Positions 62,986 through 64,000 of a stretch of 64,000 nt of DNA are shown piece by piece. The position numbers were made by a program, and so were the translations under genes. Position 1 is the stretch's first letter; each line of letters opens with the position of its first letter. Origin of the DNA: a virus (lineage: Duplodnaviria; Heunggongvirae; Uroviricota; Caudoviricetes); IMG/VR virus record IMGVR_UViG_2700989044_000001, positions 11,683-75,682 of that record; one strand, given 5' to 3'. The notes under the pieces are model-generated. The model ran no database searches, was not told the origin of the DNA, and saw only the letters and a program-made list of their open reading frames with translations.

Positions 62986-63461
62986 TGGTAATGCCGTATA
63001 GTAACAAAACTATTCAACATCAACTAGATCTTTTTGACTCACCTATTGATTGGACGATTGATCAAAGTTATAATCCTGAAATCAAAAAATTAGAAAACAC
63101 TATTAAGGGTATTTCTGATAATATGCGTCAACAAATGCTTATTCTCCAAGGTTTAATTTTAGAATTACAGGGAAAAGCTAGTAACACTGGGAAATTTGAC
63201 AAAAAATTATACGAAGAAATAATGAAATATGCTGAAGTAGTTGAACAAACAAAGTCGACTTTAGGCGGTTTTAATGAATCACTAAATGGAGTAAAAGATA
63301 TTATTGATTCTTTACAAGTAGGGCAAGAATTATTAGATGGTTTTAACGAATATAAAGAGAAACAAAAAGTGCGGCACCAAGATTTTTTCGTCGGTGGGGC
63401 AGACACTTTCATATCAGATAATGTTAGAAATTATACTTTAAAACATAAGTTATATTTATAA
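62985..63461 (+). CDS. hypothetical protein
   Basis: ORF overlapping previous stop (ATGA). Confidence 0.4.
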   Translation: MVMPYSNKTIQHQLDLFDSPIDWTIDQSYNPEIKKLENTIKGISDNMRQQMLILQGLILELQGKASNTGKFDKKLYEEIMKYAEVVEQTKSTLGGFNESLNGVKDIIDSLQVGQELLDGFNEYKEKQKVRHQDFFVGGADTFISDNVRNYTLKHKLYL

Positions 63462-63488
63462 ATGTAGGTAAGGAAAGGGAGATTTGTT

Positions 63489-63791
63489 TTGAATTTTGAT
63501 CCAATTAAGGAATTAAAAGATTTAGTAGTAGAAATAGAGGGAAAAGTGCCAACGGATATTATTGATTTATTAGATAAAAAAGTTGAGTATTACAAATCAA
63601 ATGGTATTCATGATAGAATGCACATTGGGAAAACGGATTGGGATCTAGTTAGTGCATCTGAATGGTTACTTAGTATGTTTATCGGAATTATTAAAAAGGG
63701 AAAAGAAGATAAACGAAACTTTAATGTATTTGGTAATTGGTTAGAACACGTGTATCACTTCGTTATTAATAATAAACAAGGTTTTAAGTAA
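63489..63791 (+). CDS. hypothetical protein
   Basis: TTG start after AAGGAAAGGGAGATTTG. Confidence 0.4.
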   Translation: MNFDPIKELKDLVVEIEGKVPTDIIDLLDKKVEYYKSNGIHDRMHIGKTDWDLVSASEWLLSMFIGIIKKGKEDKRNFNVFGNWLEHVYHFVINNKQGFK

Positions 63792-63818
63792 AGAGAGGTT
63801 TTCCTCTCTTTTTTTACA
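63790..63818 (+). terminator. rho-independent terminator
   Basis: AAGAGAGGTTTTCCTCTCTT followed by T7. Confidence 0.8.
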
Positions 63819-63892
63819 TAAAAGTGAATTAATTGTTATTACATTTTAACTCTTCTATATTCTTTATATGAATAGAAAGGAGGGGGAAAGTT

Positions 63893-64000
63893 GTGAGTGA
63901 TTTTGATAAAACATTAATGGGGAACATTGATGATGTTTTAAGAGATTTGCAAAATACAAAAGGGGTACGTTTAGATAAAGATAAAGTTGAGTTTTTAAAA
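63893..64000 (+). CDS. hypothetical protein, 5' end (partial)
   Basis: GTG after AAGGAGGGGGAAAGTT; open to the window end. Confidence 0.35.
   Translation, partial: MSDFDKTLMGNIDDVLRDLQNTKGVRLDKDKVEFLK

Overview
The window is a 64 kb, AT-rich (about 30% GC by eye), almost entirely plus-strand block from a large virulent tailed dsDNA phage, not a cellular chromosome. Host-like genes and regulators (a GuaC GMP reductase, NrdHIEF close to Bacillus class Ib RNR, an RsfA-like prespore regulator, a sigma factor) point to a Bacillus-group Firmicute host. This host assignment needs BLAST confirmation.

Gene content by region:
- 1-12.5 kb: head-morphogenesis module. It holds an SPP1-type portal, a prohead protease-like protein, acidic and coiled-coil scaffold-like proteins, a decoration-like protein and an HK97-fold major capsid protein. 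A lysis cassette sits inside it: an amidase-LysM protein, a glucosaminidase reachable through an A_AAA_AAG slippery site, and two holin-like proteins.
- 12.5-31 kb: dense array of small plus-strand ORFs including several paralog families.
- 31.5-41 kb: regulators and DNA enzymes. These are an XRE regulator, a sigma-70 factor, a RarA AAA+ protein, a DinG/Rad3 helicase, an HD protein, and a two-gene minus-strand island carrying a YpsA/SLOG protein.
- 41-64 kb: nucleotide-metabolism module. It holds nrdH-nrdI-nrdE-nrdF, guaC, thyA, a DHFR gene, two all-alpha NTP pyrophosphatases and a DEDDh exonuclease.
- 46.9-49.0 kb: cluster of eight tRNAs (Cys, Asp, Phe, Tyr, Glu?, Thr, Ser, Trp?).

Most notable observations:
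- Nine unrelated proteins share an N-terminal MKRLIKK-type leader, suggesting a common targeting or processing signal. Carriers include an ADP-ribosyltransferase-fold protein and two ParB-like proteins.
- A dispersed ADP-ribosylation toolkit is present: an ART-fold protein, a microbial PARG with GGG-X7-QEE, and a Macro domain protein. A DUF2829/Tad2-like protein is also present.
- A canonical -1 slippery heptamer lies at the amidase stop codon, and the glucosaminidase frame is open with no start codon for 86 codons upstream of its annotated start.
- A tandem array of six paralogous ~95-aa genes is present.
- Five paralogs share a zinc ribbon plus a YWKENDRYLAK C-terminal motif.
- A ~520-nt highly structured noncoding leader or ncRNA ends in a terminator immediately upstream of guaC.
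- A 33-nt RBS-plus-mini-ORF cassette (MKIFSID) is duplicated.
- Two sporulation-regulator (RsfA) homologs are present.

All product calls rest on motif recognition from memory without database searches. Coordinates of starts are approximate where alternative starts exist.
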